Source: a bacterium (lineage in GTDB: Bacteria > Bacteroidota > Ignavibacteria > UBA10030). Taken from it: DNA of 45,023 bases. The stretch lies in the NCBI GenBank assembly GCA_043803945.1, contig JAZDJN010000103.1:1-45023 (forward strand), written 5' to 3'. The first letter of the stretch is position 1; each line of letters opens with the position of its first letter. The position numbers and the translations under genes are program-made. Positions 7,224 through 16,184 of this stretch are shown piece by piece. The notes beneath the pieces were generated by a model, which saw nothing but the letters and a program-made list of their open reading frames with translations, had not been told where the DNA came from and ran no database searches.

Positions 7224-9134
7224 TTAGGTTTTTTCCTTCAGCAGTTCTTTCACAATATCAGCAATGCCTTCAGCATCAAGCTTCATGAGGTGATACAGTT
7301 CTTCCGGTGTACCATGCTCGACAAACTCGTCCGGCAATCCATGCAGTTTGACCCGCACATTCCGAACACCTTGCTTACTGAACGATTCAAGAACCGCCGA
7401 TCCGAAACCACCCTGAATGACATTGTCTTCAACAGTGAGAAACACAGTATGTTTTGCGGCGAGCGTCCTGAGTAATGCATCATCAATCGGTTTGACAAAC
7501 CGCATATTCACAATTTCAGCGTCAATTCCTTCATCCGCCAGAAGAGCAGCCGCCCGGAGCGCATGTTGCACCATTGTACCAATTGCGAGGATTGCCAGTG
7601 TATTCCCCTCCCGTACGATCTCGCTCTTCCCGATTTCAAGCTTCCTGAATCCTGGCCTCACCTCCATCCCAATGGCATTTCCACGCGGATACCGGAGGGC
7701 AATCGGTCCTGCTTGATACTCAACGGCAGTATAAAGCATATCGCGCAATTCCTGTTCGTCTTTCGGAGCCATGACGACCATGGTTTGTATTGACCGCAGA
7801 TAGGAAAGGTCGAGAGCACCATGATGGGTCGCACCATCCGATCCAACGACTCCCCCTCTGTCTAGTACAAACACGACATGTAATTTCTGAATAGCACAGT
7901 CATGAATTACCTGATCATAAGCGCGCTGAAGGAATGAAGAATAAATTGCCACAACAGGACAATACCCTTCAGCAGCCAGACCTGCAGCAAAGGTTACCGC
8001 GTGTTGTTCTGCAATCCCAACATCGAAAAATCGTTCAGGCAGTTCCTTCTGGAGAATCGTCAATCCTGTGCCATCAGGCATCGCCGCCGTGATGCCGACG
8101 ACCTTTGGATTCATTTTACAAATTTCCACGAGTGCTTCGCCGAACACCGTTGTGTACGCAGGCAGACTTTCTGATTTCTTATACGCAACTCCGGTGATTT
8201 TATCGAACGGAGTAACACCATGCAAACGGGTAACTTCCTTCTCAGCCGGCGCATATCCCTTTCCTTTCATCGTTCGGACATGGATGAGGATTGGCCCGTG
8301 GAGATCACGAACATGTTTGAATATTTCCACCAGTTTGATCACATTATGACCATTGAATGGTCCAAAATAGCGAAACCCAAGTGCTTCAAAGAGCATTCCT
8401 GGAGTGATGATCGACTTGACTCCACGCTCCACCTTTTGCGCGACGACACGCAGCCGATCGCCAAAAGAATCGAGCTTCCCTGTGAGATCCCATACATTCG
8501 CTTTAAACTTATTGTACGTTGGGTGTGTAAGAACTTCGCTGAAATAATTATTGAATGAAAACACATTCGGTGAGATTGAAGAGAGCGACACCATCTGATT
8601 GTCGTTGAAAATAACAATAAGATCCTTCTTCAGAACTCCGGCATTGTTCATGGCTTCATAGGCCATGCCGCCGGTCAACGATCCGTCACCAACGATAGCC
8701 ACCACTTTGAATTGTTTTCCTTCATAATCCCGGGCGGTTGCTATACCAAGGGCAGCAGAGATTGCTGTACTGGCATGGCCTGCACCAAACACGTCGTACT
8801 CACTCTCCGACCTCTTCAAAAAACCGCTTAATCCGCCTAGCTGGCGGATGGTGTACATTTGACGCTTTCGTCCAGTAAGAATTTTATGCGGATATGCTTG
8901 ATGGCCCACATCCCAGATGAGTTTATCTTCTGGCGTTTGAAAGGCATAATGCAGCGCTACTGCCAATTCTACTGCCCCAAGCCCGGCACCAAAATGCCCA
9001 CCACTCTTCGAGACACAGTCGATAAGAAACTCACGGACATCTGTACAAACGCCCCTCAGATCTTTAATATCAATCTTGCGCAAATCGTAAGGAGAATCAA
9101 TTTTTTCTAAATAAGGGTAGGGTGACTCGGTCAT
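7224..9134 (-). CDS. dxs: 1-deoxy-D-xylulose-5-phosphate synthase
   Basis: WDVGHQAYPHKILTGR, GDGSLTGGMAYEA (TPP binding), FDVGIAEQHAV, DGATHHG. Confidence 0.98.
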   Translation of the reverse strand: MTESPYPYLEKIDSPYDLRKIDIKDLRGVCTDVREFLIDCVSKSGGHFGAGLGAVELAVALHYAFQTPEDKLIWDVGHQAYPHKILTGRKRQMYTIRQLGGLSGFLKRSESEYDVFGAGHASTAISAALGIATARDYEGKQFKVVAIVGDGSLTGGMAYEAMNNAGVLKKDLIVIFNDNQMVSLSSISPNVFSFNNYFSEVLTHPTYNKFKANVWDLTGKLDSFGDRLRVVAQKVERGVKSIITPGMLFEALGFRYFGPFNGHNVIKLVEIFKHVRDLHGPILIHVRTMKGKGYAPAEKEVTRLHGVTPFDKITGVAYKKSESLPAYTTVFGEALVEICKMNPKVVGITAAMPDGTGLTILQKELPERFFDVGIAEQHAVTFAAGLAAEGYCPVVAIYSSFLQRAYDQVIHDCAIQKLHVVFVLDRGGVVGSDGATHHGALDLSYLRSIQTMVVMAPKDEQELRDMLYTAVEYQAGPIALRYPRGNAIGMEVRPGFRKLEIGKSEIVREGNTLAILAIGTMVQHALRAAALLADEGIDAEIVNMRFVKPIDDALLRTLAAKHTVFLTVEDNVIQGGFGSAVLESFSKQGVRNVRVKLHGLPDEFVEHGTPEELYHLMKLDAEGIADIVKELLKEKT

Positions 9135-9370
9135 TCTTCATCCATCGGTGATAATTCAAATTCGCCATTTACGGTTTTTGTGAGTTTCTGAATGCGCAGC
9201 TCGCTCGCTTTCAACTTTTCCGCACACTCTTTGGAGAGTTGCATACCCTCCTCGTATAAATCCACAGCATCATCAAGAGAGGCTTCACCTTTCTCCAATA
9301 GATCGACAATTTCTTCGAGCCGTTCGAGAAGAGCCTCGAATGATTTCTTAGTTCCTTTTTTTGTGCTCAT
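9131..9370 (-). CDS. xseB: Exodeoxyribonuclease VII small subunit
   Basis: FEALLERLEEIVDLLEKGEASLDDAVDLYEEG. Lies between xseA and dxs. Confidence 0.95.
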   Translation of the reverse strand: MSTKKGTKKSFEALLERLEEIVDLLEKGEASLDDAVDLYEEGMQLSKECAEKLKASELRIQKLTKTVNGEFELSPMDEE

Positions 9371-10557
9371 CGCTGAACCTTTGTTAATACTGTACCATCG
9401 TGAAATTGAATTTGAACGTCATCACCCCCTGTAACTCTCCTGACACTGCTGACAACCCTCCCCTCCTTACGAATAATCGTATAGCCCCTTTTCAGGACAT
9501 CATCTGGATTAACAGAACCGAGACGAGCCTGAAGATGACGAGATCGCTGCTGAGCATCATTCAGCATACGGATCATTGAGAGCGCCATGCTCCGATCGAG
9601 TTCATCGAGTCTTTGCATCGATTGATGGAGCAAGTCTTTCGGCCTGTTGAAGGAGTAGCTTGAGACAATGCTCTGAATCCGATTTCGGAGCGTATCAATT
9701 CGATGTGTCAGGTTGTCGCGCAAAGTATAACAAATGTTGCCTATAACTTCAATAAGCTCCCTCCGATCCTTCACAACCAATTCTGCTGCTGCCGAAGGTG
9801 TGGGCGCTCGCAGGTCGGCAACAAAGTCGGCAATACTAAAATCAATCTCATGGCCAACGGCACTCACCACAGGTATTTTTGAGGCAAATATTTCCCGGGC
9901 AACAATTTCCTCATTGAATGCCCAGAGATCTTCGAGCGAACCTCCTCCTCTTCCAACGATCAGGACATCGACATTCCCATACTCATTCATCGCACGAATT
10001 GCTGAGGCAATTTCTTCAGCTGCACCGCTCCCCTGAACCAGAACCGGTGTAAAGAGAATTTCCAACGAAGGAAATCGGCGTGAGAGAACACTGAGAATAT
10101 CCTTAATTGCAGCACCCGTGGGAGAGGTAATAATACCAATTCTCTCCGGATACTCCGGCAAAGGTTTTTTATGCGCTTCGTCAAATAATCCCTCTGACGC
10201 CAGTTTTTGCTTCAGACGTTCGAATGCCTGTTGGAGTTCCCCAATCCCAAGCGGTTGAAGTTGATCGACATCGATCTGATAGTTGCCCCGCGGCGGATAA
10301 ACAGTAATTGCTCCACGGGCAATGACCTTCATCCCATCAGCAGGATTCATCGAGAGATTTTGTATACGGCTTCTCCACATCACTGCAGAAATCTGCGCCC
10401 CTTCATCCTTCAAAGTAAAATAGAGATGCCCTGAGGTATGCCGCTTGAAGTTCGAGATTTCGCCTTGAAGCCATACACGTTGAAAATTCTGCTCCAATGA
10501 TAGTTTGATCTTCTGAGTGATTTCGGTAATGGTGTGAGTTTTTTGATCTTGGGCCAT
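9367..10557 (-). CDS. xseA: Exodeoxyribonuclease VII large subunit
   Basis: GEISNFKRHTSGHLYFTLKD, GRGGGSLEDLWAFN, SAVGHEID, RAPTPSAAAE. Confidence 0.98.
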   Translation of the reverse strand: MAQDQKTHTITEITQKIKLSLEQNFQRVWLQGEISNFKRHTSGHLYFTLKDEGAQISAVMWRSRIQNLSMNPADGMKVIARGAITVYPPRGNYQIDVDQLQPLGIGELQQAFERLKQKLASEGLFDEAHKKPLPEYPERIGIITSPTGAAIKDILSVLSRRFPSLEILFTPVLVQGSGAAEEIASAIRAMNEYGNVDVLIVGRGGGSLEDLWAFNEEIVAREIFASKIPVVSAVGHEIDFSIADFVADLRAPTPSAAAELVVKDRRELIEVIGNICYTLRDNLTHRIDTLRNRIQSIVSSYSFNRPKDLLHQSMQRLDELDRSMALSMIRMLNDAQQRSRHLQARLGSVNPDDVLKRGYTIIRKEGRVVSSVRRVTGGDDVQIQFHDGTVLTKVQR

Positions 10558-10727
10558 TAGAATTTGACACTAAATCCAAGTGTTGGAAGAATTGGGAACA
10601 TACCCGTTTGCCGCACACCCAAACTTAAGTCTTCTTTGATATAATAGCTATAGCTCAGAACATCTTCAACAAGCAATATTGTAAATTGGAACGTGCGGTT
10701 TTAACAGATTGTCCTTCACGGCATTTC

Positions 10728-10756
10728 TTGTCTTTCAAAAGCCACTTCGGTATATT
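10728..10756 (+). promoter_or_regulatory. Putative sigma70-type promoter of bshB1
   Basis: TTGTCT-17 bp-TATATT about 50 bp upstream of the ATG. Confidence 0.45.
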
Positions 10757-10803
10757 CAACATGAAAATGATTTAGCAGCCTCATCCGAAGAAGGAAATAT
10801 TCT

Positions 10804-11532
10804 ATGACTGTTGAAGTTCTGGCGATTGGCGCACATCCCGATGACATTGAACTCTCATGCGGCGGTACAGTAGCAAAACTGGTCCGGCAGGGCCACTCTG
10901 TAGCCCTGGTCGATTTAACACAAGGAGAGCTCGGGACACGCGGAACAAAAGAGATACGAGCTAAGGAAGCTGAAGCTGCAGCTCAGGTTCTCGGTGTCGT
11001 TACGCGGCGAAATCTGAGGATTCCCGACGGACATGTTGATGTCACCAAGAAAAATCTTCTCAAACTCATTACCTTGATCCGTGAACTCCGGCCGAGGATA
11101 CTCTTAATACCTTACAGCGTGGAACGACATCCCGATCATGTGAATGCTCATCTCCTTGCAAAAGAGGCCTGGTTTTATGCCGGACTGCAAAAATTGAAAA
11201 CCAGGATGAATGGAAAAGAACAATCCGCCCATCGTCCACACCATTACTATGAATTTATGCAATGGCATGAGTTCGATCCATCGTTCATTGTCGACATTAG
11301 TGACTCTTTCGACCTGAAGATGAAGGCCATTCTTGCTCACGCTTCGCAATTCTACAATCCAACAAGCAAGGAAAAGGAGACAAAACTCAGTTCTCCTGAG
11401 TTTCTGGAAATGGTTGATGTCCGATGCCGATATTATGGACAAAGGATTGGCGTACGGTATGGTGAGCCATTTATTACCCACCTCTCCCTGGGAGTCAGGG
11501 ATTTGAATCATCTGGTGGTGAATAAAGGATAG
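10804..11532 (+). CDS. bshB1: Bacillithiol biosynthesis deacetylase BshB1 (PIG-L family)
   Basis: GAHPDDIELSCGG, DLTQGELGTRG, RHPDH, HASQFYNP, GVRYGEPF. Confidence 0.88.
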   Translation: MTVEVLAIGAHPDDIELSCGGTVAKLVRQGHSVALVDLTQGELGTRGTKEIRAKEAEAAAQVLGVVTRRNLRIPDGHVDVTKKNLLKLITLIRELRPRILLIPYSVERHPDHVNAHLLAKEAWFYAGLQKLKTRMNGKEQSAHRPHHYYEFMQWHEFDPSFIVDISDSFDLKMKAILAHASQFYNPTSKEKETKLSSPEFLEMVDVRCRYYGQRIGVRYGEPFITHLSLGVRDLNHLVVNKG

Positions 11533-11579
11533 ACTCGCTCGAGAATTCTGCTGAAGCTGGTTTCAGGATAGCTGAATTA

Positions 11580-11844
11580 TCAACCCGGGCCTATATGATT
11601 TTCGGGGATGTCTGCATCTATCGAGTGCTTGAGTATAGCCTTCTCCATTCTTTGGAAAATTATCAAGAGAAAACCGTTGATCATTGTCACCGTGCCCACC
11701 CAGACCAGGCTCATCATCGGTTTGATGCTCGCTTCGATCACCAACGATTCCTGCTTTTTCAATTGGACACCTGACGTTTCTGAAGTAAAAATATATTGAA
11801 GCGATTGCTGAAAGAAAAGCCACACGTATACAAAGCTCGCCCAC
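11580..11844 (-). pseudogene. ccmF: ccmF remnant: N-terminal ~23 codons joined out of frame to the C-terminal ~60 codons
   Basis: Directly downstream of ccmE, where ccmF is expected. One frame gives a TM start (MGELCIRVAFLSAIASIYFYFR). Another frame gives ESLVIEASIKPMMSLVWVGTVTMINGF, the typical CcmF C-terminal 'KP..LVW.G' motif. Only ~265 bp remain. Confidence 0.7.
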
Positions 11845-11866
11845 CGACCCTACCGTGCATCCTCCA

Positions 11867-12256
11867 CTAGAGTGTTTTCTTTACAGCCTCAGAGCCTCCT
11901 TCGTACTTTGATGGACACTTTGTCAGCACCTCCGTTGCGTGGAATTCTCCGCCTACTAATTTACCTTTCACGACAACGCTCGTCGCCTGTTCAAAATTAT
12001 TGGGACGTGCTCCGTCAAGGATGATCTTGACTACGCGATTATTATCATCTTTCATATAGAAGGAGAATTTTACCTTCTCAGAATCAAAGTTCGTCTCCAT
12101 CTCCTTTACCCATGCACCTTTGACCTGGACTTTTTTCTGGGACTTCTCCGCTGCCGCAAAGTCGGCATACTCTACATTCGACTCCATGAAATTCACAGCC
12201 GCAAGGACGATACCGGCGACGATGACAAAAGCTGCAATAATTACTTTGACATTCAT
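11867..12256 (-). CDS. ccmE: Cytochrome c maturation heme chaperone CcmE (CxxxY type)
   Basis: N-terminal TM anchor (start moved to MNVKVII), OB-fold, VLTKCPSKYE motif. Confidence 0.93.
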   Translation of the reverse strand: MNVKVIIAAFVIVAGIVLAAVNFMESNVEYADFAAAEKSQKKVQVKGAWVKEMETNFDSEKVKFSFYMKDDNNRVVKIILDGARPNNFEQATSVVVKGKLVGGEFHATEVLTKCPSKYEGGSEAVKKTL

Positions 12257-12260
12257 ACCA

Positions 12261-12398
12261 CTAATCCTTTTTGAATTGTTTTTCCAAATTTGTAATCTTC
12301 TTGTCAAGTCGAAAGAGGTATCCGAGAATTCCTCCCCAGATGAGGAGGACGATGATCAGGACAATGTACATTTGATTGTGACTGAGAAATTCTTCCAT
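12261..12398 (-). CDS. ccmD: CcmD family small membrane protein (45 aa; not in the ORF track)
   Basis: MEEFLSHNQMYIVLIIVLLIWGGILGYLFRLDKKITNLEKQFKKD*: one TM helix plus a charged tail, exactly between ccmC and ccmE. Confidence 0.85.
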   Translation of the reverse strand: MEEFLSHNQMYIVLIIVLLIWGGILGYLFRLDKKITNLEKQFKKD

Positions 12399-12406
12399 GG
12401 CAATTC

Positions 12407-13111
12407 CTATGACTGATGTAATGATTGTTGATATTCAATGGTGGCTGCCCTGACTCGTAATCTAAAGAGCCAGATGAATAGCAGTGTGAATCCTAATAGT
12501 CCCATAAGGAAAATAAACAGCATATTCCCTGTCATTGTGAAATTCACGACTGGCCCAGAGCCCTGTGGATCGCCCTTCGACCCGGGATGTAATCCTGAGA
12601 CCATCCGAGGCAGGACAAAAATAAAGAACGGTACGGTGAGTCCTGCGAGGATCGCATAAGCTGCCGAAAGGCGTGCACGCTTCTCTTCGTTATCAAGGGC
12701 TGAACGAAGCGCGAAATATGCCCCGTAAATAAGGAGAAGAATGAATATCGATGTTTCACGCGGGTCCCAATTCCAGAATGATCCCCAGTTGAATTTTGCC
12801 CAGAGCGATCCTGTGATGGTAGCCAGCACGCAAAATAATAATCCCAAACCAGCGGATGAGACCGACTTGATATCATCTTCCATGTTCTTCGTTTTCAGGT
12901 AGCGAAATCCATAAAACATCGAAACAAGAAACGCGACGACTGTAGTCCAGGCCGTGGGAACATGGTAGAAGATGTTGCGCGCTTTTTCTTCAAGTGTCGG
13001 GATGGTTGGAAACTCGAAAAAGCCTTGCGGGTTTGGAGATAACGGAATGGCAATGCCCGCTATCAACACAAACGTAATGAGCACAATAGCACCGATTTTG
13101 ACAATCTTCAT
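12407..13111 (-). CDS. ccmC: Heme exporter / cytochrome c biogenesis protein CcmC
   Basis: WWD motif WGSFWNWDPRET, His ligands (FYHVP, GLHP), multiple TM helices. Start set at MKIVK. Confidence 0.93.
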   Translation of the reverse strand: MKIVKIGAIVLITFVLIAGIAIPLSPNPQGFFEFPTIPTLEEKARNIFYHVPTAWTTVVAFLVSMFYGFRYLKTKNMEDDIKSVSSAGLGLLFCVLATITGSLWAKFNWGSFWNWDPRETSIFILLLIYGAYFALRSALDNEEKRARLSAAYAILAGLTVPFFIFVLPRMVSGLHPGSKGDPQGSGPVVNFTMTGNMLFIFLMGLLGFTLLFIWLFRLRVRAATIEYQQSLHQS

Positions 13112-13112
13112 A

Positions 13113-13790
13113 TTAGTCTTTCCAAATAAAATCAAACAAGAGATACGAACCGGCAGTCATCACCAGGAAATAGCCGATGAGCACTTGAAAATCACCCATC
13201 GCTTCGGCAAATGGCAGGCCATCGAGCGCCTTCGCTGTTGCGCTCATGACGGTCATTAACAAGACTATCAGTATAGGGAACGAGAGAACCGGATAGAGGG
13301 TTCCACGGGTATTCGCCTTTGCAACAATTGCAGCAATAATCGTTGCAGCGGAAGCAAATCCCATACTCCCGAGAATCACCGTGGTGAGGAATATCGCGAA
13401 CGATTGAATGATAAAGCTCCCCGAAAATATAAAGAGATAGAGGATTGTCACGGCAACGGTGAGTGACAGTGTCAGGAGAATATTAAACAGAAGTTTTCCG
13501 GTGTAAATTACACCTGGCGAAGCAACCAGTTGTAACGTCATGGTTGTTCCTCTCTCTTCTTCACTCACGAAAATCCTTGATAGACCCGACATTCCCGAAA
13601 AGAACACAACAACCCAGTACATTCCCGCGAGAACCGTTGATGTCGGTTGGTCTTCTCGCAGAGCAAAGAGAATCGTCGACACGGCTGTCACAACAAACAT
13701 TAAGAGTGCGTTCAGAGCGTATCGAGTTCGAAGCTCCGAGCGAAAATCCTTTCTAAAAAGGGAAATCGTGCTGAATAGTGATGAGGTCAT
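13113..13790 (-). CDS. ccmB: Heme exporter permease CcmB
   Basis: FRKDFRSELRTR, EEERGT, LYPVLSFPIL. Start set at MTSSLF to avoid overlap with ccmA. Confidence 0.92.
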   Translation of the reverse strand: MTSSLFSTISLFRKDFRSELRTRYALNALLMFVVTAVSTILFALREDQPTSTVLAGMYWVVVFFSGMSGLSRIFVSEEERGTTMTLQLVASPGVIYTGKLLFNILLTLSLTVAVTILYLFIFSGSFIIQSFAIFLTTVILGSMGFASAATIIAAIVAKANTRGTLYPVLSFPILIVLLMTVMSATAKALDGLPFAEAMGDFQVLIGYFLVMTAGSYLLFDFIWKD

Positions 13791-13845
13791 GGCAAACCAA
13801 AAATATGAAAATTGCCAGGGAACGGCAAGCAGGAAGCGTTCAGTC

Positions 13846-14475
13846 TCATGAGTGCCCCAGGTGGATATGGTTTTCACACCATTGAGACTCCTGCTCGTCA
13901 TTTGTCGCCACGATGAGAATTCCACTCTCCCGTTGATGCTTTGCAAATGTTCGAACCGCCTGAATACCATCCGTATCGAGATTTGCTGTTGGTTCATCGA
14001 GAAAAAGAATCGTCGGTTCGTGAAGCAAAGCGAACGCATATTTCAATCGCTGCTTCATGCCGGAGGAATATGTTCTGATAAAGTCATCCCTCCGTTCCCA
14101 TAACAACAGTTGTTCGAGCAGGAGTTTTATTCTCTCATCGCTTTGGTTTCTCATTCCGCGAATTTCAGAAAGAAGATGCAGATTTTCAAGCGCTGTAAAC
14201 TCATCATAGAGTTGCAGGTATGGACTGACGAGGCCGAAATCGTGCTTCACCTCTTCCTGTGAATACTGTTTACCCTCCAATGTCCAGCACACTTCGCCAA
14301 ACGTGGAGGATAGAACACCCGACAGTATTTTTAATAGCGTCGATTTCCCTGATCCGTTTCTGCCGGTGATTGCTAGCGAGTTTCCCCTCGATAATTCGAA
14401 AGAGACATCCTTAAAAATGGTCCGTCGATTAAATATTTTTGTCAATCGACGTACGGAGAGCGTAATATTTTTCAC
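13846..14475 (-). CDS. ccmA: ABC ATPase CcmA
   Basis: Walker A GRNGSGKST, signature YSSGMKQR, Walker B LFLDEP. GTG start overlaps the upstream TGA (GTGA). Adjacent to ccmB. Confidence 0.88.
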   Translation of the reverse strand: MKNITLSVRRLTKIFNRRTIFKDVSFELSRGNSLAITGRNGSGKSTLLKILSGVLSSTFGEVCWTLEGKQYSQEEVKHDFGLVSPYLQLYDEFTALENLHLLSEIRGMRNQSDERIKLLLEQLLLWERRDDFIRTYSSGMKQRLKYAFALLHEPTILFLDEPTANLDTDGIQAVRTFAKHQRESGILIVATNDEQESQWCENHIHLGHS

Positions 14476-16184
14476 CGAATCACCGCAAGCTTCCATCGAT
14501 AGTCCGTATCAAAACATTTGGCGTGGATGAAATAAATCCCGCTCGATAGTTTTCCCATGAGATTCCCTACCGGAACCTGGATATATCGTTTACCGAATGA
14601 TTCAACAACTGGATATTCCGCTGAAAAGACATTTTCCAGCGAAGCGGAATAGAATGTTACCGTACCGCTTTTTGCAACTGCACTAATCGGAAGAATGAGG
14701 GCCTGTGCAGAGTTCAACTTCAGAGGATTCGGTGCCGGGTCAGATGCTGTCATGGCATTGTTTAATTTAGCGGATTCGATATACATCATTCTCCAGTCAT
14801 CTGGTTTTTCAACAGTATACCCTGCCAAAATTCCGTGAGAGAGCTTTTGAAATGGTGGAGGGAGATCACCATTCGACAACCGAAATTCGATTAATGCCTG
14901 TGAGAAAGAAGACGTGCCAGCGGTCGCTATATCAGTATTAGTTACAATCGCCGTGATTGTGTCTTTGCCTAGATTGAATTCAAACATTTGTGTCGACAAG
15001 GGAAAGGCAGCAGTCGACAGTGTCGCGGACCCATTAAAATTCGTCTGTACATTTGGGACAAATCTGGGGTAGTGATTTCCTTCCCTATAAAATTTCGTTG
15101 TATCGGCTCGATCTGCGGTAAAGTAGTTCCAATACCCAAAGAGAGTAAATTCAGCTTCAAACGAAGTGCCGCGTTCTTTCAATACAGATCCCATCGAAGG
15201 CAGAAAAGAAGCTTCCCTCATCGACTCCCATATTGAACGAATAATGTTCCTGCCGAATCGTCTTTCAAGGAAGAAAGCCCAGAGGGATCGTTCATATCCA
15301 AAGAACGGGCTTTCATATCGAACGAATGAATACGTCCTGCTTTGGATATTACGAAACGTTTTGAAAAACGATTTGACATCATAATAGTAATCGTTGATCT
15401 CATCGAAAGCAGTTTCTTCCATCCAGACAGAGGATAGTTCATAAAAGTAAAAGTCCGAGTTTGGCACATTTGGCCAGACTCCATAGGATCCAACCTGTAC
15501 TGCATGAAATAATTCATGCGCAGCCGTGACTTTCAAACCGTTCATTCCTGATGTTCTGAAGCCTAGAAAGTCATTGTCGATTTCGATATAGGTTGGGAAT
15601 TTCTCATTCTTACAACCGGGGATTTTTTCACTGGTATTCCAAAGCGTTTGCCCAAAATTCGAAGTACCTAATTCTGAGATGTAGATATCATACTCCGGAC
15701 CGCCGCCAATATTCCCATCCTCCGGTGGAGATGTGAAACCCATTGTTTGTACGATCATATCCCAGGATTTATCGAAGAGCATAGCTACCGAATCGACATA
15801 CTGTTCGAATGATTTCGGGATCTGTGCTGCAGGCAGCGTATTGGAAATGAGTGCAGGGGTATGGATTCCTGTGGTATCATAATGGATACGAAACCTGTTT
15901 GCCGGACTCAATCGTTCTTTCTGACGGCCTGGCCGTTCAAGCAAGGCAAGATACGCCAGGCGTGCTGAGGGAGTCAATTCGCTGGAGTGAGTATGTGCGT
16001 AAGCGAAAATGGATGTCCCACACTTTGGTTTTTCAATTCCTTCGTCCTCTCCCCTCACAGAACTTTTGCTTTCCTGATGGATGATCTCAAGCGCTGTTCT
16101 ACGATCGATTTGTGAATAAACAGAAGCAATCGAGAATAACATCCAGGATAAAAGAATACATAATTTTTTGAAGGCACTATTCAC
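14472..16184 (-). CDS. Secreted putative zinc metallopeptidase (HEXXH) with T9SS-like C-terminal domain
   Basis: Signal peptide, KCGT pro-motif, AAHELFHAVQ followed by YELSSVWMEE. C-terminus PAPNP...LSSGIYFI...KLAVIR resembles a T9SS CTD. Confidence 0.7.
   Translation of the reverse strand: MNSAFKKLCILLSWMLFSIASVYSQIDRRTALEIIHQESKSSVRGEDEGIEKPKCGTSIFAYAHTHSSELTPSARLAYLALLERPGRQKERLSPANRFRIHYDTTGIHTPALISNTLPAAQIPKSFEQYVDSVAMLFDKSWDMIVQTMGFTSPPEDGNIGGGPEYDIYISELGTSNFGQTLWNTSEKIPGCKNEKFPTYIEIDNDFLGFRTSGMNGLKVTAAHELFHAVQVGSYGVWPNVPNSDFYFYELSSVWMEETAFDEINDYYYDVKSFFKTFRNIQSRTYSFVRYESPFFGYERSLWAFFLERRFGRNIIRSIWESMREASFLPSMGSVLKERGTSFEAEFTLFGYWNYFTADRADTTKFYREGNHYPRFVPNVQTNFNGSATLSTAAFPLSTQMFEFNLGKDTITAIVTNTDIATAGTSSFSQALIEFRLSNGDLPPPFQKLSHGILAGYTVEKPDDWRMMYIESAKLNNAMTASDPAPNPLKLNSAQALILPISAVAKSGTVTFYSASLENVFSAEYPVVESFGKRYIQVPVGNLMGKLSSGIYFIHAKCFDTDYRWKLAVIR

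Noticed and set aside
13791-14039. Long N-terminal extension of ccmB in the ORF track
   Set aside because: It overlaps ccmA in another frame. The CcmB-like sequence begins at 13790.
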